Below, one piece after another: positions 22,819 through 32,394 of a DNA stretch of 36,033 nt. The notes beneath the pieces were generated by a model, which was given only the letters and a program-made list of their open reading frames with translations, was not told where the DNA came from and searched no databases. Source of the stretch: a virus. The number at the start of each line of letters is the position of its first letter. The stretch's first letter is position 1. The position numbers were made by a program, and so were the translations under genes. Where the stretch lies: positions 1-36,033 of IMG/VR virus record IMGVR_UViG_3300045988_125363; one strand, written 5' to 3'.

Positions 22819-25696
22819 TAAAATTGAGCTTGCAAAAGCTTATGTGCAGATCATCCCCTCGGCTGAGGGTATCAAAGGCAAGATCACCGAGGAGATGGGC
22901 GGTGATATCTCCAGCGCTGGCGTCGAACTCGGAAAAGCTTTTGGCGGAAAGATCGCAAGCACCCTGAAAACCGTGCTGAGCGCAGCGGCTATTGGCAAGA
23001 CCATCGCCGCGTCCGTCAATGCGGGCGGAGCGCTGGAGCAGAGCCTGGGCGGCATCGAAACGCTGTTTAAGGACAGCGCAGGCATCGTAAAGCAGAACGC
23101 GGCGCAGGCCTATAAAACGGCGGGTCTGAGCGCCAACGACTACATGGAGCAGACTACCAGCTTTGCGGCCAGCCTGCTGTCCAGTCTGGGCAACAACACC
23201 AAGGCAGCGGCCATCGTGGCCGATATGGCGATGACCGATATGGCCGACAACGCCAACAAAATGGGCACCGATATGGCGGCCATCCAGAACGCCTACCAGG
23301 GCTTTGCCAAGCAGAACTATACCATGCTGGACAACCTCAAGCTGGGCTATGGCGGCACACAAGCCGAGATGCAGCGCCTGCTGGAGGACGCTTCCAAGTT
23401 GTCCGGCCAGAAGTATGAGCTGGGCAACCTGGCCGATATGTACAACGCCATCCACGTCATTCAGGGTGAGCTGGACATCACGGGCACCACAGCCAAGGAA
23501 GCTGCCACGACCCTGTCGGGCTCGTTCTCGGCCATGAGCGCCTCGTTCCAGAACGTGCTCGGCACTCTGGCCACGGGCGGAGATCTGACCTCTTCCCTTC
23601 AGGCGCTGACGGACACGGCCCGCACCTACCTGCTGGACAACCTTCTCCCCGCTGTCGGAAACGTGGTGGCGGGTATCCCGGAGGTCATCGCCACGCTGGC
23701 CCCCAATATTTTGCAAAGCGGCACGGAGCTGATGCAGTCTCTGGCCTCCGGCTTTACCGAGGGCGTGCCCGCCTTCTTGGCCTCTGCCCTGCCCCAGCTG
23801 TTGCAGTTTACGGAGGAGCTGCGGGCCAATTTCGGGCAGTTCGTCTCTGCCGGCATCGACCTCATCCTCAGCCTCGCAAACGGCATCGTGGAGGGTCTGC
23901 CCCAGCTCTTTGCCTACATCCCGGATATCGTCATCAACATTGCCGGGCTCATCAACGACAACGCCCCTAAGCTGCTGGAAGGCGGCTTCAAGCTTGTTGT
24001 CGAGTTGGGCAAAGGCATCCTCCAAGCTGCCACAATGATTCCACAATATTTTGGGGAAATCATGGAAGCCACTTTGGCGGTGCTTTCGGCAATCAATTGG
24101 GTAAACATCGGAGCAGGTTTGATAAAAGGTCTGGCCGATGGCATTAAAAGCATGGCAAACCTTGTCACGGATGCTTTCAAAAAGGCAGTTGCTGGCGGGC
24201 TAAACTGGCTCAAAACTTTGCCGTCTCAGTTGGGCAACATTGCCATAAACATGTATCACAGCTTTATAAACGGCTTGACTGGAAAAGCGATGGTCACTGC
24301 AACTGCAAAATCTGGCCTAACACTTTTTAACCCTGGTTCCGGGAACTCCAAGGTTCCCCATATCACGGCGGAGGATGAGGGCATTGCAGACAAATCAGAG
24401 CACAACTCCATGATCATGGACAACCTCACCGCCGCCAGCAACGCCAAAGCTCTGGCCGAGGCGGCCAAGTCGTCCGGCACAGCGGCAAAGGTGGCGTCTT
24501 CTGCGGCCAAAAAGACCGCTGAGGATACCAAAAAGCTCACCAGCTCCCTCAAGGACACCACGACGGAGATCGTGCAGGGGTCCGGCAACATTGTGGGCAG
24601 CATCAAGCGCGTGACGGAAACGGCCAACAGCCTTTACGACGTGTACGACGGCACCACCAAAAAGCTGAAGGGCACAGCCAACGAGACCACAAAGACCATC
24701 ACCGACACATGGACTGAGATCATCAACGGCACCGAAAAGACCGTGAAGCAGGTCACGACCATTGCGGCAGATGGCTCCAAGAAGGTGGAGAAGAGCGTCG
24801 AAAATGTGCTGCTTTCCGTCACCGAAACGCAAAGCCGCATCGACGCGGCTTTGAACCAGGCGAAAAGCGAATGGTCCAGCGGCGTCTTTGGCCTGTTCCG
24901 CAGCGTCGTCTCTGATATCAAGAGCAAGGACTGGAGCGGTCTGGCTTTGGACTTTGCAAAGCTGATCTGGGGGCAGGTGGATCAGAACCAGCGCCAGATC
25001 ATCGCCAAATGGGCCGCCGATGCTCTCAGCGCCGTCAACCAGGCATACGCGGGCGGCGGTCTGGGCTCTGCGGCGTCTTCCATCAAAGCCATTTTCTCTG
25101 ATGGCCTTGCGGCGGGCGTTACGGACGCCGGGACGGCGGTACAAAGCTTCTCTGCCATCCTGGACGGTCTGGGCAAGTCCGGCGGCGTCGGCAGCGCCCT
25201 TTCCGGCATTGCTTCCAGCTTCTCCGGCATGGCTGCCAGCATCATGTCCAGCCTGTCCGGCATCGTCTCGCTGGTGATGGCGCACCCCATCCTGGCGGCC
25301 ATCCTGGGCGTGACGGCGCTGGCTGGCGGCATCGCTTTGGGCTCTGCCCTCAAAAAGAAGAGCTCCTCTGCGGCCTCTGCCGTCACCAGCAGCACCCTGA
25401 GCTATAAAGACATCCAGGACGCCTACTGGTACGGCAACCAGCGGGCCTATGCGGGCTATGATCTGCTTTCGGACCCTTACGGATTCAATCCCCGAGGCTC
25501 CGGCTCCCAGCTCAACGCCTACCAGCAGAAAATGCAGCAGTCCGTGGACGCGCTGTACAACGTGGTGCAGCAGTACCTTCCCCAGACGGCAAACACCGTC
25601 ATCAAGCTGGACGACGGCACGCTGGTGGGTGCTCTGGCACCGTCCATCGACGCGCAGCTGGGCCAGCTGGCCACACTGGCAGAAAGGGGCAACTAA
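22811..25696 (+). CDS. Tape measure protein (961 aa)
   Basis: GTG start behind GGAAGGAGGTG. Long Ala/Gly/Leu-rich helical protein after the chaperone pair. Confidence 0.9.
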   Translation: MADKIELAKAYVQIIPSAEGIKGKITEEMGGDISSAGVELGKAFGGKIASTLKTVLSAAAIGKTIAASVNAGGALEQSLGGIETLFKDSAGIVKQNAAQAYKTAGLSANDYMEQTTSFAASLLSSLGNNTKAAAIVADMAMTDMADNANKMGTDMAAIQNAYQGFAKQNYTMLDNLKLGYGGTQAEMQRLLEDASKLSGQKYELGNLADMYNAIHVIQGELDITGTTAKEAATTLSGSFSAMSASFQNVLGTLATGGDLTSSLQALTDTARTYLLDNLLPAVGNVVAGIPEVIATLAPNILQSGTELMQSLASGFTEGVPAFLASALPQLLQFTEELRANFGQFVSAGIDLILSLANGIVEGLPQLFAYIPDIVINIAGLINDNAPKLLEGGFKLVVELGKGILQAATMIPQYFGEIMEATLAVLSAINWVNIGAGLIKGLADGIKSMANLVTDAFKKAVAGGLNWLKTLPSQLGNIAINMYHSFINGLTGKAMVTATAKSGLTLFNPGSGNSKVPHITAEDEGIADKSEHNSMIMDNLTAASNAKALAEAAKSSGTAAKVASSAAKKTAEDTKKLTSSLKDTTTEIVQGSGNIVGSIKRVTETANSLYDVYDGTTKKLKGTANETTKTITDTWTEIINGTEKTVKQVTTIAADGSKKVEKSVENVLLSVTETQSRIDAALNQAKSEWSSGVFGLFRSVVSDIKSKDWSGLALDFAKLIWGQVDQNQRQIIAKWAADALSAVNQAYAGGGLGSAASSIKAIFSDGLAAGVTDAGTAVQSFSAILDGLGKSGGVGSALSGIASSFSGMAASIMSSLSGIVSLVMAHPILAAILGVTALAGGIALGSALKKKSSSAASAVTSSTLSYKDIQDAYWYGNQRAYAGYDLLSDPYGFNPRGSGSQLNAYQQKMQQSVDALYNVVQQYLPQTANTVIKLDDGTLVGALAPSIDAQLGQLATLAERGN

Positions 25697-25699
25697 ACC

Positions 25700-27823
25700 A
25701 TGTATCGTATCTATGCGTATCCCTTTGGCAACCCCGAGGACAAGCGGTTGCTGCATCCTCGGCCCAAAGGACGCGGGGATGCGGAAAGCTTGGCAACGTT
25801 TGTGCTGTCGCCCAAACTCACCCGTGAGGTGAGCAAGGGCGGCAGCCTTACTTTTACCATGGCCCGCACACACCCGCAGTACAACAATCTGCAAAAAATG
25901 TCCACCTGCATCACGGTGGAGCAAAGCGACTTTGACGCAAACGGCAACGAAAGCACCCCCAAAGAGATTTGGCGCGGGCGCGTTCTGAGCCATGAAGCCG
26001 ACTGGTACAACCGCAGGGCGGTGTACTGCGAAGGAGCCCTCTCCTACTTCAACGATTCGGCCATCACGCCCTTCAACTACGAGGGGAAGTTGGCGCAGTT
26101 TTTGCAGCACCTCATCAGCGCCCACAACCAGCAGTGCGGCGAGATGCGCATGAAGCGCTTTGAGCTGGGCACCGTGACCGCCGCGCTGGGTGATCTGGTG
26201 GTGCACTACGGCGATATGGACGCCTACGGCGTGGGCGAGGACTACGGCAGCACCTGGGACATCATCGACAAGATGGTGCTCAAGGTATACGGCGGCTATG
26301 CCTACTGCACCTACAACCCCACAACGGGCAACAACGTCTTAAATTATTGCGACCAGGCTTTCGAGGCCGACAGGCTGGTAAACCAAACCATCGAGTACGG
26401 CGTGAATTTGCTGGATTTCACCGAGAAGACGGACACCAACTCGATGTTTACCCGGGTCTACCCCACGGGCAACAAGCACACCGTGACCCGCACAGAGTGG
26501 ATTTGGAAATTTTTGTGGTGGGGCAAAACCCAAGAGGTGGCCGACCACGAAGAGCGGTGGAGTATCAAAGAAACCTCTGCTGAGGCCATCAAAAAGTACA
26601 AACCGGAAGGCTACTCTTATCGTCTGTATCAGGCTGACGGAGACTGCAACTGGATCCAGAACGACGCGGCGGTGGCAAAATTCGGCGTCATCTCCAAAGT
26701 GGCCGACTACGACGCCGACGACCCAGACACCCTCTTCGGCGCCGCTGTGCAGGACTTACAGAAAAACTCGTTCATGACCATGAGCTACACCGTGAAGGCG
26801 GTGGACCTTGTGGACGCGGGCAACATTGGCTTTGACAAAGACCGCCTGACCTTTGCCAGCTATGCCCATATTATCAGCAAGCCCCACAGCATCGACGTGG
26901 TGATGCTCTGCACAAAGCTGGTGGAGCCCTTGGACGACCCCAGCAAGAAGGAATTTACCTTCGGCATGACGCGCCAGACCCTGACCGACCGACAGGTGGC
27001 GAACCTCGGCAAAACCAACCTCTTGGAGGAACAGACCTCCACGTCGGAGAAGTATTCCGGCAACATTTACAAGCTCGTGGACAAGTACCAGAAGGAGAAC
27101 AAGGCAGGCATTGAGGAAGCGGCCAAAACGGCCACCAACTACCTCGCGTTTGACAAAAACACGGGCCTGAAAGTGGGGCATGAGTCCCTCGCCGGAAAGT
27201 ACGTCCAAATTTCCAACGATGGCATTTTGGTCACCGACGGCAGCAGCCGGGTCAACGTCAAGTCCGGCTCCATCTCCATCACCGACGGCAACGGCAGCTG
27301 CACCATTGATTCCGGCAAAATCACGTTTTACGGCATCCGAAACATGGATATCACTCCATCCGGCCTTAAATTTGGTTCCTACATCAATATTCCGAGCAAT
27401 CCGGGATATCTCGCAATTCCGTTCGATTCCAAAAACTGCAATTACGTTTGGTTGATGTTTGAGAGCAGCGGCACTTACTACAAAGAGCATTTCTGGAAGC
27501 CCACAGAGTCCTATACACAGCGCGTCGGCACGGCCTATGCCGTCATCCCGGTAACGGGCCAGCCTGTGACGCTCTCATTCCCATGGAACACCCTCCAGCG
27601 CCGTGACGTTGCCGTTTTTGACAACGAGATTCGCATTTATCAGGGCTATCGCCGCTATTTGCAGTATACCCTGAACGACTATTTCCCGGCAAGCTCCAAT
27701 GGCCTCACGGTCACATTCAAACTGCAAATGGACAGTCTGTCTTCTCAGACCACAAACATCTCGGATTCTTGGGAGGTTGACGACTCTGTTTGTATCCCGA
27801 CCAAAGTTTTCGGCTTCATGTAA
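25700..27823 (+). CDS. Tail-tip / baseplate hub protein (Tal-like, prophage-tail N-terminal region), 707 aa
   Basis: N-terminal pattern LSPKLTREVSKGGSLTFTM..THPQYNNLQKMSTCITVEQ...IEYGVNLLDF...VYPTG. Follows the tape measure gene. Confidence 0.6.
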   Translation: MYRIYAYPFGNPEDKRLLHPRPKGRGDAESLATFVLSPKLTREVSKGGSLTFTMARTHPQYNNLQKMSTCITVEQSDFDANGNESTPKEIWRGRVLSHEADWYNRRAVYCEGALSYFNDSAITPFNYEGKLAQFLQHLISAHNQQCGEMRMKRFELGTVTAALGDLVVHYGDMDAYGVGEDYGSTWDIIDKMVLKVYGGYAYCTYNPTTGNNVLNYCDQAFEADRLVNQTIEYGVNLLDFTEKTDTNSMFTRVYPTGNKHTVTRTEWIWKFLWWGKTQEVADHEERWSIKETSAEAIKKYKPEGYSYRLYQADGDCNWIQNDAAVAKFGVISKVADYDADDPDTLFGAAVQDLQKNSFMTMSYTVKAVDLVDAGNIGFDKDRLTFASYAHIISKPHSIDVVMLCTKLVEPLDDPSKKEFTFGMTRQTLTDRQVANLGKTNLLEEQTSTSEKYSGNIYKLVDKYQKENKAGIEEAAKTATNYLAFDKNTGLKVGHESLAGKYVQISNDGILVTDGSSRVNVKSGSISITDGNGSCTIDSGKITFYGIRNMDITPSGLKFGSYINIPSNPGYLAIPFDSKNCNYVWLMFESSGTYYKEHFWKPTESYTQRVGTAYAVIPVTGQPVTLSFPWNTLQRRDVAVFDNEIRIYQGYRRYLQYTLNDYFPASSNGLTVTFKLQMDSLSSQTTNISDSWEVDDSVCIPTKVFGFM

Positions 27824-27835
27824 GGGGTGAGATTT

Positions 27836-28126
27836 ATGCTTATTGATGGGCAAAACTGCAAGTTCGTTGCAAAAGTAGCATCGGACGGGAGGATTTACAA
27901 CGGTGTATGGCTCGCAACCGACCACGACGCCGATTTCTTCCCGCCCGGCACTGTCATCTTCGACACTTTTCCCACCGACGAGACAGCCAAAGACGGCGGC
28001 AGCGATTACAAGTGGGACGGCGAGCATCTGATTTATGATCCTGTGTCCGATGAGGAGCGGGAACGCCGACGGCAAGAAAGCCTTGCAGAGTACGCCGCCA
28101 AATACGGCTCCGGGGGTGATGCTTGA
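27836..28126 (+). CDS. Small tail-module protein (96 aa), tail-fibre-assembly / XkdW-like by pattern
   Basis: ORF-track 27827 (GTG) trimmed to ATG 27836 behind AAGGGGTGA. DGRIYNG...PPGTVIFDTFPTDETAKDGGSDYKWDGEHLIYDPVSDEE. Confidence 0.5.
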   Translation: MLIDGQNCKFVAKVASDGRIYNGVWLATDHDADFFPPGTVIFDTFPTDETAKDGGSDYKWDGEHLIYDPVSDEERERRRQESLAEYAAKYGSGGDA

Positions 28127-28623
28127 TGCTGCAAGGCGCACAGATCGGCAGTATCCACACCCTGAAGGACCTGGGGCTGTACATGAAAGTGGGCAGCCCC
28201 ACCATTTCCGGCGCAGAGCCTGAGACGATGCTTGTCAACGTCCCGGGCTCCGATTTTATGCTGGATCTGTCCCGGGCGCTGGACGGCGAGGTGCACTACA
28301 AGCAGCGCACCATCAAGATGGAGCTGCTGTGCAAGGCCAAAAAGAGCCAGTGGAGCACCATCCAGAGCGCCCTCGAAAACGCGTTGCAGGGCCAGTGGCT
28401 GCGCTGCATCTTTGATGAGGACAGCACATGGTACTGGCTGGGCCTGTGGCGGGTGGACGTGGTGGAGCGCGGGCGCACGGAGATCACCTTCAGCATCGAG
28501 GGCACCTGCAACCCCTACAAGCGCAACATCACCGCCGATGCGGGCGCGGACTGGTTGTGGGATACCTTTGATTTTGAGACCGATACCATCTACGACACAC
28601 CGACAGGAGTGATAAGCTTATGA
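28126..28623 (+). CDS. Distal-tail-protein-like (Dit N-terminal-domain pattern), 165 aa
   Basis: IGSIHTLKDLGLYMKVGSPTISGAEPETMLVNVPGSDFMLDLSRALDGEVHYKQRTI resembles the siphovirus tail component N-terminal domain. Confidence 0.45.
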   Translation: MLQGAQIGSIHTLKDLGLYMKVGSPTISGAEPETMLVNVPGSDFMLDLSRALDGEVHYKQRTIKMELLCKAKKSQWSTIQSALENALQGQWLRCIFDEDSTWYWLGLWRVDVVERGRTEITFSIEGTCNPYKRNITADAGADWLWDTFDFETDTIYDTPTGVISL

Positions 28624-29834
28624 CCAAGACCTTTGAAGAGGTCATCTCAGGCATCCGCAAGGCCAAAAAGGGCGTGGAGGTCCGGGAAGACCTCGCACAG
28701 ATGGGCGAGTACTGCCAGCAGTTCACCCAAGAAGCCGGCACCCGGGCCGACGCGGCCAAGGCCGCCGCTGAGACTGCTGCCACCAACGCCAAGGCCAGCG
28801 AGAAGAAAGCCACGGACGCTGTGGCAGGCATCGAGCAGACTAAAACCGACGCGGTGCAGGCGGTGCAGAACGCCCAGACCACGGCCACCACCGCCGTACA
28901 GCAGGCACAGACCGCTGCCACCGACGCGGTGACGGCCAAGCAGACCGAGGCCGTCCAGGCCGTGGACGATGAGCGCGACGCCGCTTTGCAGCAGGTGGCC
29001 GACTCCACCCAAGCCGCCCAGACCGCCGCTGCCAACGCGGCTGCATCCGAACAGACGGCACAGGCCAGCAAAGAGGCTGCTGCCACCTCTGCCGGGGACG
29101 CTGCAAGCTCCGCCACCGCCGCCTCCGGCAGCGCCAGCGCGGCGGCCACCTCGGAGAGCAACGCCGCATCCAGCGCCCAGAGCGCCAATACCGACGCCGA
29201 CCGGGCCGAGGCCGCTGCGTTGCTGGCTGGCACCCGGGCGAACACGGACAAAACCCTCAAGACCGAAAACGCCCCCGCCGACGCTGCTGCCGTGGGTACA
29301 GCGCTTGACGAAAAGGCGAACAAGGACGTCATCTACGACAGCGACGGCAACATTATTTTTTACAGCAAAGCCGCTGTGGATGAGCTGCTGGCGGGAAAAC
29401 TTGGTCTGCACGATACCGCAGACAATTCCAACAAATTGGGCGGCTATAACCTTCGGCTTTCTGACCATCCGCTTTCTATAAGCGTTCTTGTTCAAACTGT
29501 CGATAAAGACGGCAGTATGCACATTGATTTCAGGAGTGATGCCAGCATCGGATTAACAGCCATTGTCGCCTACGGCCCCGGCTACATCCGTTTTGGCGAC
29601 GGGACACAGATTTGCTATGGAGCGGCTTTTAACGGCCAAATTCCAGAAGTCGTCACCTACCCTGTTGCATTTGTTGCTACACCGTTCACTACGGTTTCTA
29701 GGCACTGGGGTGGGGCATCTGGCGCGACTAATACCGAATTCGTGTGGATTTATGATACCAGTAGCACTGGTTTCAAAATCGGCTCCAATAGTGGTATTTA
29801 TGCGCACTGGATTTCCGCTGGCCGCTGGAAGTAA
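28620..29834 (+). CDS. Tail fibre / receptor-binding protein (404 aa)
   Basis: AGGAG RBS. Long Ala/Thr/Gln-rich coiled stalk and a globular C-terminal domain ending ...GFKIGSNSGIYAHWISAGRWK. Confidence 0.7.
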   Translation: MTKTFEEVISGIRKAKKGVEVREDLAQMGEYCQQFTQEAGTRADAAKAAAETAATNAKASEKKATDAVAGIEQTKTDAVQAVQNAQTTATTAVQQAQTAATDAVTAKQTEAVQAVDDERDAALQQVADSTQAAQTAAANAAASEQTAQASKEAAATSAGDAASSATAASGSASAAATSESNAASSAQSANTDADRAEAAALLAGTRANTDKTLKTENAPADAAAVGTALDEKANKDVIYDSDGNIIFYSKAAVDELLAGKLGLHDTADNSNKLGGYNLRLSDHPLSISVLVQTVDKDGSMHIDFRSDASIGLTAIVAYGPGYIRFGDGTQICYGAAFNGQIPEVVTYPVAFVATPFTTVSRHWGGASGATNTEFVWIYDTSSTGFKIGSNSGIYAHWISAGRWK

Positions 29835-29849
29835 GGAGGAGGTACACAC

Positions 29850-30200
29850 ATGAACACTATCACTTTGGGCTACACCCTCGCAAAGCCTGTGGTGACACAG
29901 GAAGAGTGCACCGCTTACGCCGCGATGGCGCTGGCCGTGAACAAGCACAATGCCGCCTGTGGGGACGGAGACACCCGGTGGATGATTGAGGACGGCAAGA
30001 GCGGTTACGCGGTGGCCGCTGTGCCGCCCCCGACCGCTGAGGAGCTGGCCACGCAGGAAAAGGCAAAGGAAGCCGCTGCCGCCGAAGCAAAGAAAAAGGC
30101 AGAGCTGGAAGCAGTGCCGGGGCGCATGGACGCTCTGGAAGCGGCAAACAACGACCTTGTGCTCATGATGGCTGATTTGATTGGAGGAAGCAACGAATGA
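29850..30200 (+). CDS. Hypothetical tail-associated protein (116 aa)
   Basis: Strong AAGGAGGAGG RBS. Function unknown. Confidence 0.5.
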   Translation: MNTITLGYTLAKPVVTQEECTAYAAMALAVNKHNAACGDGDTRWMIEDGKSGYAVAAVPPPTAEELATQEKAKEAAAAEAKKKAELEAVPGRMDALEAANNDLVLMMADLIGGSNE

Positions 30201-30352
30201 AAACTTTGAACAGCAACCTGAAACTCCGCATCATGGTGCGGGCGTTCCGCATCCAGCTGGCCGCTGGTGAGACCTTTGAAGACATTGCGGCAGATTACCC
30301 GGCCCTGACCACCGACGACCTGGAAGCCATCAAAGAAGCCCTTGGGCAGTAA
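30197..30352 (+). CDS. Small hypothetical protein (51 aa; below the ORF-track cutoff), XkdX-like position
   Basis: GGAGGAAG RBS and an ATGA overlap. MKTLNSNLKLRIMVRAFRIQLAAGETFEDIAADYPALTTDDLEAIKEALGQ. Confidence 0.45.
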   Translation: MKTLNSNLKLRIMVRAFRIQLAAGETFEDIAADYPALTTDDLEAIKEALGQ

Positions 30353-30363
30353 GGCGGCGCAAG

Positions 30364-31167
30364 ATGAATGCATTTTTCGAGTTTATCTCCAAGCTGCTGG
30401 CGGCCCTCTCCCACGCTGCCGGAGACAAGGCAGAGGAGCCGGACGCCCCCGCTCCTGAAAAAGTGTCCACAGTGGACACCGTGCCCGGCTGGACGGGTGA
30501 GCCTCCCTACCGCTATCTCGACGTGAGCCGCTATCAGGGCAAAATCACCCTCGACGGCTGGCGCAAGGTCAAAGCGGCTGGCTACAAGGGGGCCATGCTC
30601 AAGACGGTATCCACCAACCGCAAGCTTTCCAAGCGGGCAGACGGCCTGTACATCGACCCCACCTTTGAGACCAACTACCGCAACGCCCAGGCTGCCGGGC
30701 TGGACGTGGGCGTCTATTACTACACCTACGCCACCAGCGAGGCTATGGCCGATGCAGAGCTTGCCCTTGTGCGGAAAGCGGTACGCGGAAAAGAGCTCAC
30801 CATGCCCCTCGCGGTGGACGTGGAGGAAAACAGCATTAAGCAGCTGTCCACCCTCGACCTCACAAACCTTACCGCCTACGCGCTGGAACAGGTGGAGAAA
30901 ATGGGCTTTTACGCCCAGCTGTACACCTACACCCACTACTCCAACACGGAGCTGGACATGGGCCGCCTTGCAAACCGCTGGGACGTCTGGCTTGCTGACT
31001 ACACGGGCAAAACTCCCGCCGTCGGCTACCACTACAACGCCCACCAGCACACCAGCAAGGGCCGCGTGCCTGGCATCTCCGGCAACGTTGACCTCAACGT
31101 GACCACCGTCAACTACCCGAAAATCATCCGCAAGAAGGGTCTGACCCGTCTTCGGGAGGGCAAATGA
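30364..31167 (+). CDS. Endolysin, GH25 muramidase with a ~45-aa N-terminal extension
   Basis: YLDVSRYQGKI...KAAGYKGAMLK...DPTFETNYRNAQAAGLDVGVYYYTYA...AVDVEE GH25 motifs. Confidence 0.9.
   Translation: MNAFFEFISKLLAALSHAAGDKAEEPDAPAPEKVSTVDTVPGWTGEPPYRYLDVSRYQGKITLDGWRKVKAAGYKGAMLKTVSTNRKLSKRADGLYIDPTFETNYRNAQAAGLDVGVYYYTYATSEAMADAELALVRKAVRGKELTMPLAVDVEENSIKQLSTLDLTNLTAYALEQVEKMGFYAQLYTYTHYSNTELDMGRLANRWDVWLADYTGKTPAVGYHYNAHQHTSKGRVPGISGNVDLNVTTVNYPKIIRKKGLTRLREGK
30459..30479 (+). repeat. 21-nt element AAAAGTGTCCACAGTGGACAC, copy 3 (inside the endolysin N-terminal extension)
   Basis: Seen directly. Encodes ...EKVSTVDT... Confidence 0.9.
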
Positions 31168-31553
31168 CCGAAAAAGAAGCTTTGCTGTGGGTGGTTGGCA
31201 TCCTGGGCAGCCTGTGCGCTGCGGCCATCACCATCGACAAGGTGCTGGAAATCATCCACAAGTACATCAAGAAGGCGCAGGAGCCGGACAACGTGCAGAA
31301 CAAGCGGCTGGATGAGCTGGACAAGCGCATCGGCACCTTAGAGCAAGGGCAGCTCCAACACACACAGGCCCTTGCCCGCGACCTGCGCCGCTTTGACGAA
31401 ATCGACGAGGTGAGTCGTCTTACCCTCAACGGGGTACGCAACCTTTTGGACGCGCAGCTGTCCGGCAACAATCGCGAGGGGATGCAAAAGAGCCGCACCG
31501 ACATCGACAACTATCTTTTGAAAGGAGTCACCAATCATGGAAGCAATCAGTAA
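31164..31553 (+). CDS. Membrane-anchored coiled-coil protein, holin-associated / XhlA-like candidate (129 aa)
   Basis: GGGAGGG RBS. One N-terminal TM (LLWVVGILGSLCAAAITI), then a coiled coil. Confidence 0.5.
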   Translation: MTEKEALLWVVGILGSLCAAAITIDKVLEIIHKYIKKAQEPDNVQNKRLDELDKRIGTLEQGQLQHTQALARDLRRFDEIDEVSRLTLNGVRNLLDAQLSGNNREGMQKSRTDIDNYLLKGVTNHGSNQ

Positions 31554-31875
31554 CCTTTTGACCGCACTTCCTGCCCCTGTGGCCCTCGTGCTCATGCTGG
31601 GCGGCTTTATCTTTTATGCTCTGGGCTGCATCCGGCTGGGCTATGGTGCCGCTGTCAAGGGCACCGTCCTTGACCTGATCGAGCAGGCAGAGCATGAGAT
31701 TCAAGGCACCAAGAGAGGCGCAGAGCGCAAGGCGTGGGTGGCGCAAATGCTCCGCATGGCCCTCAACGCCAGCAAGTGGGGCAGATTCATTTCGTGGGCC
31801 ATCACCGATGAGACCATCGGCACCATTATCCAGTTTTTCTTTGACCGCATGAAAGCGGCGCTGGAAAAGAAGTAA
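31537..31875 (+). CDS. Holin candidate (LL-H-like pattern), 112 aa
   Basis: AAAGGAG RBS. N-terminal TM (LPAPVALVLMLGGFIFYALGCI) and a charged C-terminal region. Confidence 0.55.
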   Translation: MEAISNLLTALPAPVALVLMLGGFIFYALGCIRLGYGAAVKGTVLDLIEQAEHEIQGTKRGAERKAWVAQMLRMALNASKWGRFISWAITDETIGTIIQFFFDRMKAALEKK

Positions 31876-31885
31876 GGAGGATATC

Positions 31886-32122
31886 ATGGCAAGCACTACA
31901 TACGAGCATTTTGCTAACGTCAACAAAATGTACGCCGCACAAAGACGTTTTCGTGACTTTACGAAAACATTCTGCGATTTTGTTAAGGTCAACAAAATCG
32001 ACCATCTCGGTAACGTCACCGTAATGGTGCGCAACGCCGGACAGCTGCCGCAGCCTTTCTGGCTCGGTGCTACCTGTGGCGGCGGCTCGCGTAGTGCTAC
32101 CCGCTGCGCTGCAAGGACTTGA
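31886..32122 (+). CDS. Hypothetical protein (78 aa)
   Basis: Strong AAGGAGGA RBS. Its 3' end overlaps the next ORF by 56 nt. Confidence 0.4.
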   Translation: MASTTYEHFANVNKMYAAQRRFRDFTKTFCDFVKVNKIDHLGNVTVMVRNAGQLPQPFWLGATCGGGSRSATRCAART

Positions 32123-32297
32123 CCGACAGCAGATGACAGCCGCTATCAAAAGCGCACCGCTTGGGAGGGTAGACCGTAAGATAGCCTTACTGCGGTACGT
32201 TGAGCGGCTCCCGCTGCCGGACATTGCAGCACAGGTCAACTACTGCCGTCAGTCGGTTTCGGCCCGGCTGGACGGCATCGACAAATTTTTTGAGTAA
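32067..32297 (+). CDS. Small sigma-region-4-like HTH protein
   Basis: RKIALLRYVERLPLPDIAAQVNYCRQSVSARLDGI. The start is uncertain: GTG 32067, or ATG 32133 ten nt after the upstream stop. Confidence 0.5.
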   Translation: MLPVAAARVVLPAALQGLDRQQMTAAIKSAPLGRVDRKIALLRYVERLPLPDIAAQVNYCRQSVSARLDGIDKFFE

Positions 32298-32300
32298 AGT

Positions 32301-32346
32301 AAACCCCCGGTGTTCCGTTTGGAGCATCGGGGGTTTTGCTTTTTAT
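32301..32346 (+). terminator. Intrinsic terminator ending the rightward late/lysis transcription
   Basis: aaacccccg (32301..32309) / cgggggttt (32328..32336), then TGCTTTTTAT. Confidence 0.7.
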
Positions 32347-32364
32347 GTGGATTTGTGGTATACT
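32336..32364 (+). promoter_or_regulatory. Promoter candidate TTGCTT-17 nt-TATACT (TGg extended -10)
   Basis: TTGCTT at 32336..32341 and TATACT at 32359..32364. Confidence 0.45.
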
Positions 32365-32394
32365 ATCCATGCACCTCCAAGAGGTGTCTTTCAC

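Noticed and set aside
19315-26206. Long minus-strand ORFs inside the structural module (for example 19315..20619 434 aa, 22652..24046 464 aa, 24395..26206 603 aa; also 28529..29332 and 28647..29522)
   Set aside because: They are antisense to well-supported capsid/TMP/fibre genes, lack RBSs, and have Arg/Gly/Ala/His-rich low-complexity translations. Such ORFs are typical of the reverse frame of GC-rich coding DNA.
31886-32297. Possible +1 frameshift fusing 31886..32122 with 32067..32297 into one ~135-aa sigma-like protein
   Set aside because: There is no slippery site, and the upstream ORF shows no similarity to the N-terminal part of DUF1492/sigma-like regulators. Two coupled genes (restart at ATG 32133) explain the layout as well. 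It may still be worth checking against reads for an indel.
32236-32370. Minus-strand 44-aa ORF starting at ATG 32370 behind GGAGGTG
   Set aside because: SD-to-ATG spacing is only 3 nt. There is no promoter (a terminator lies immediately upstream). It runs antisense through a terminator and the 3' end of the 32067..32297 gene.
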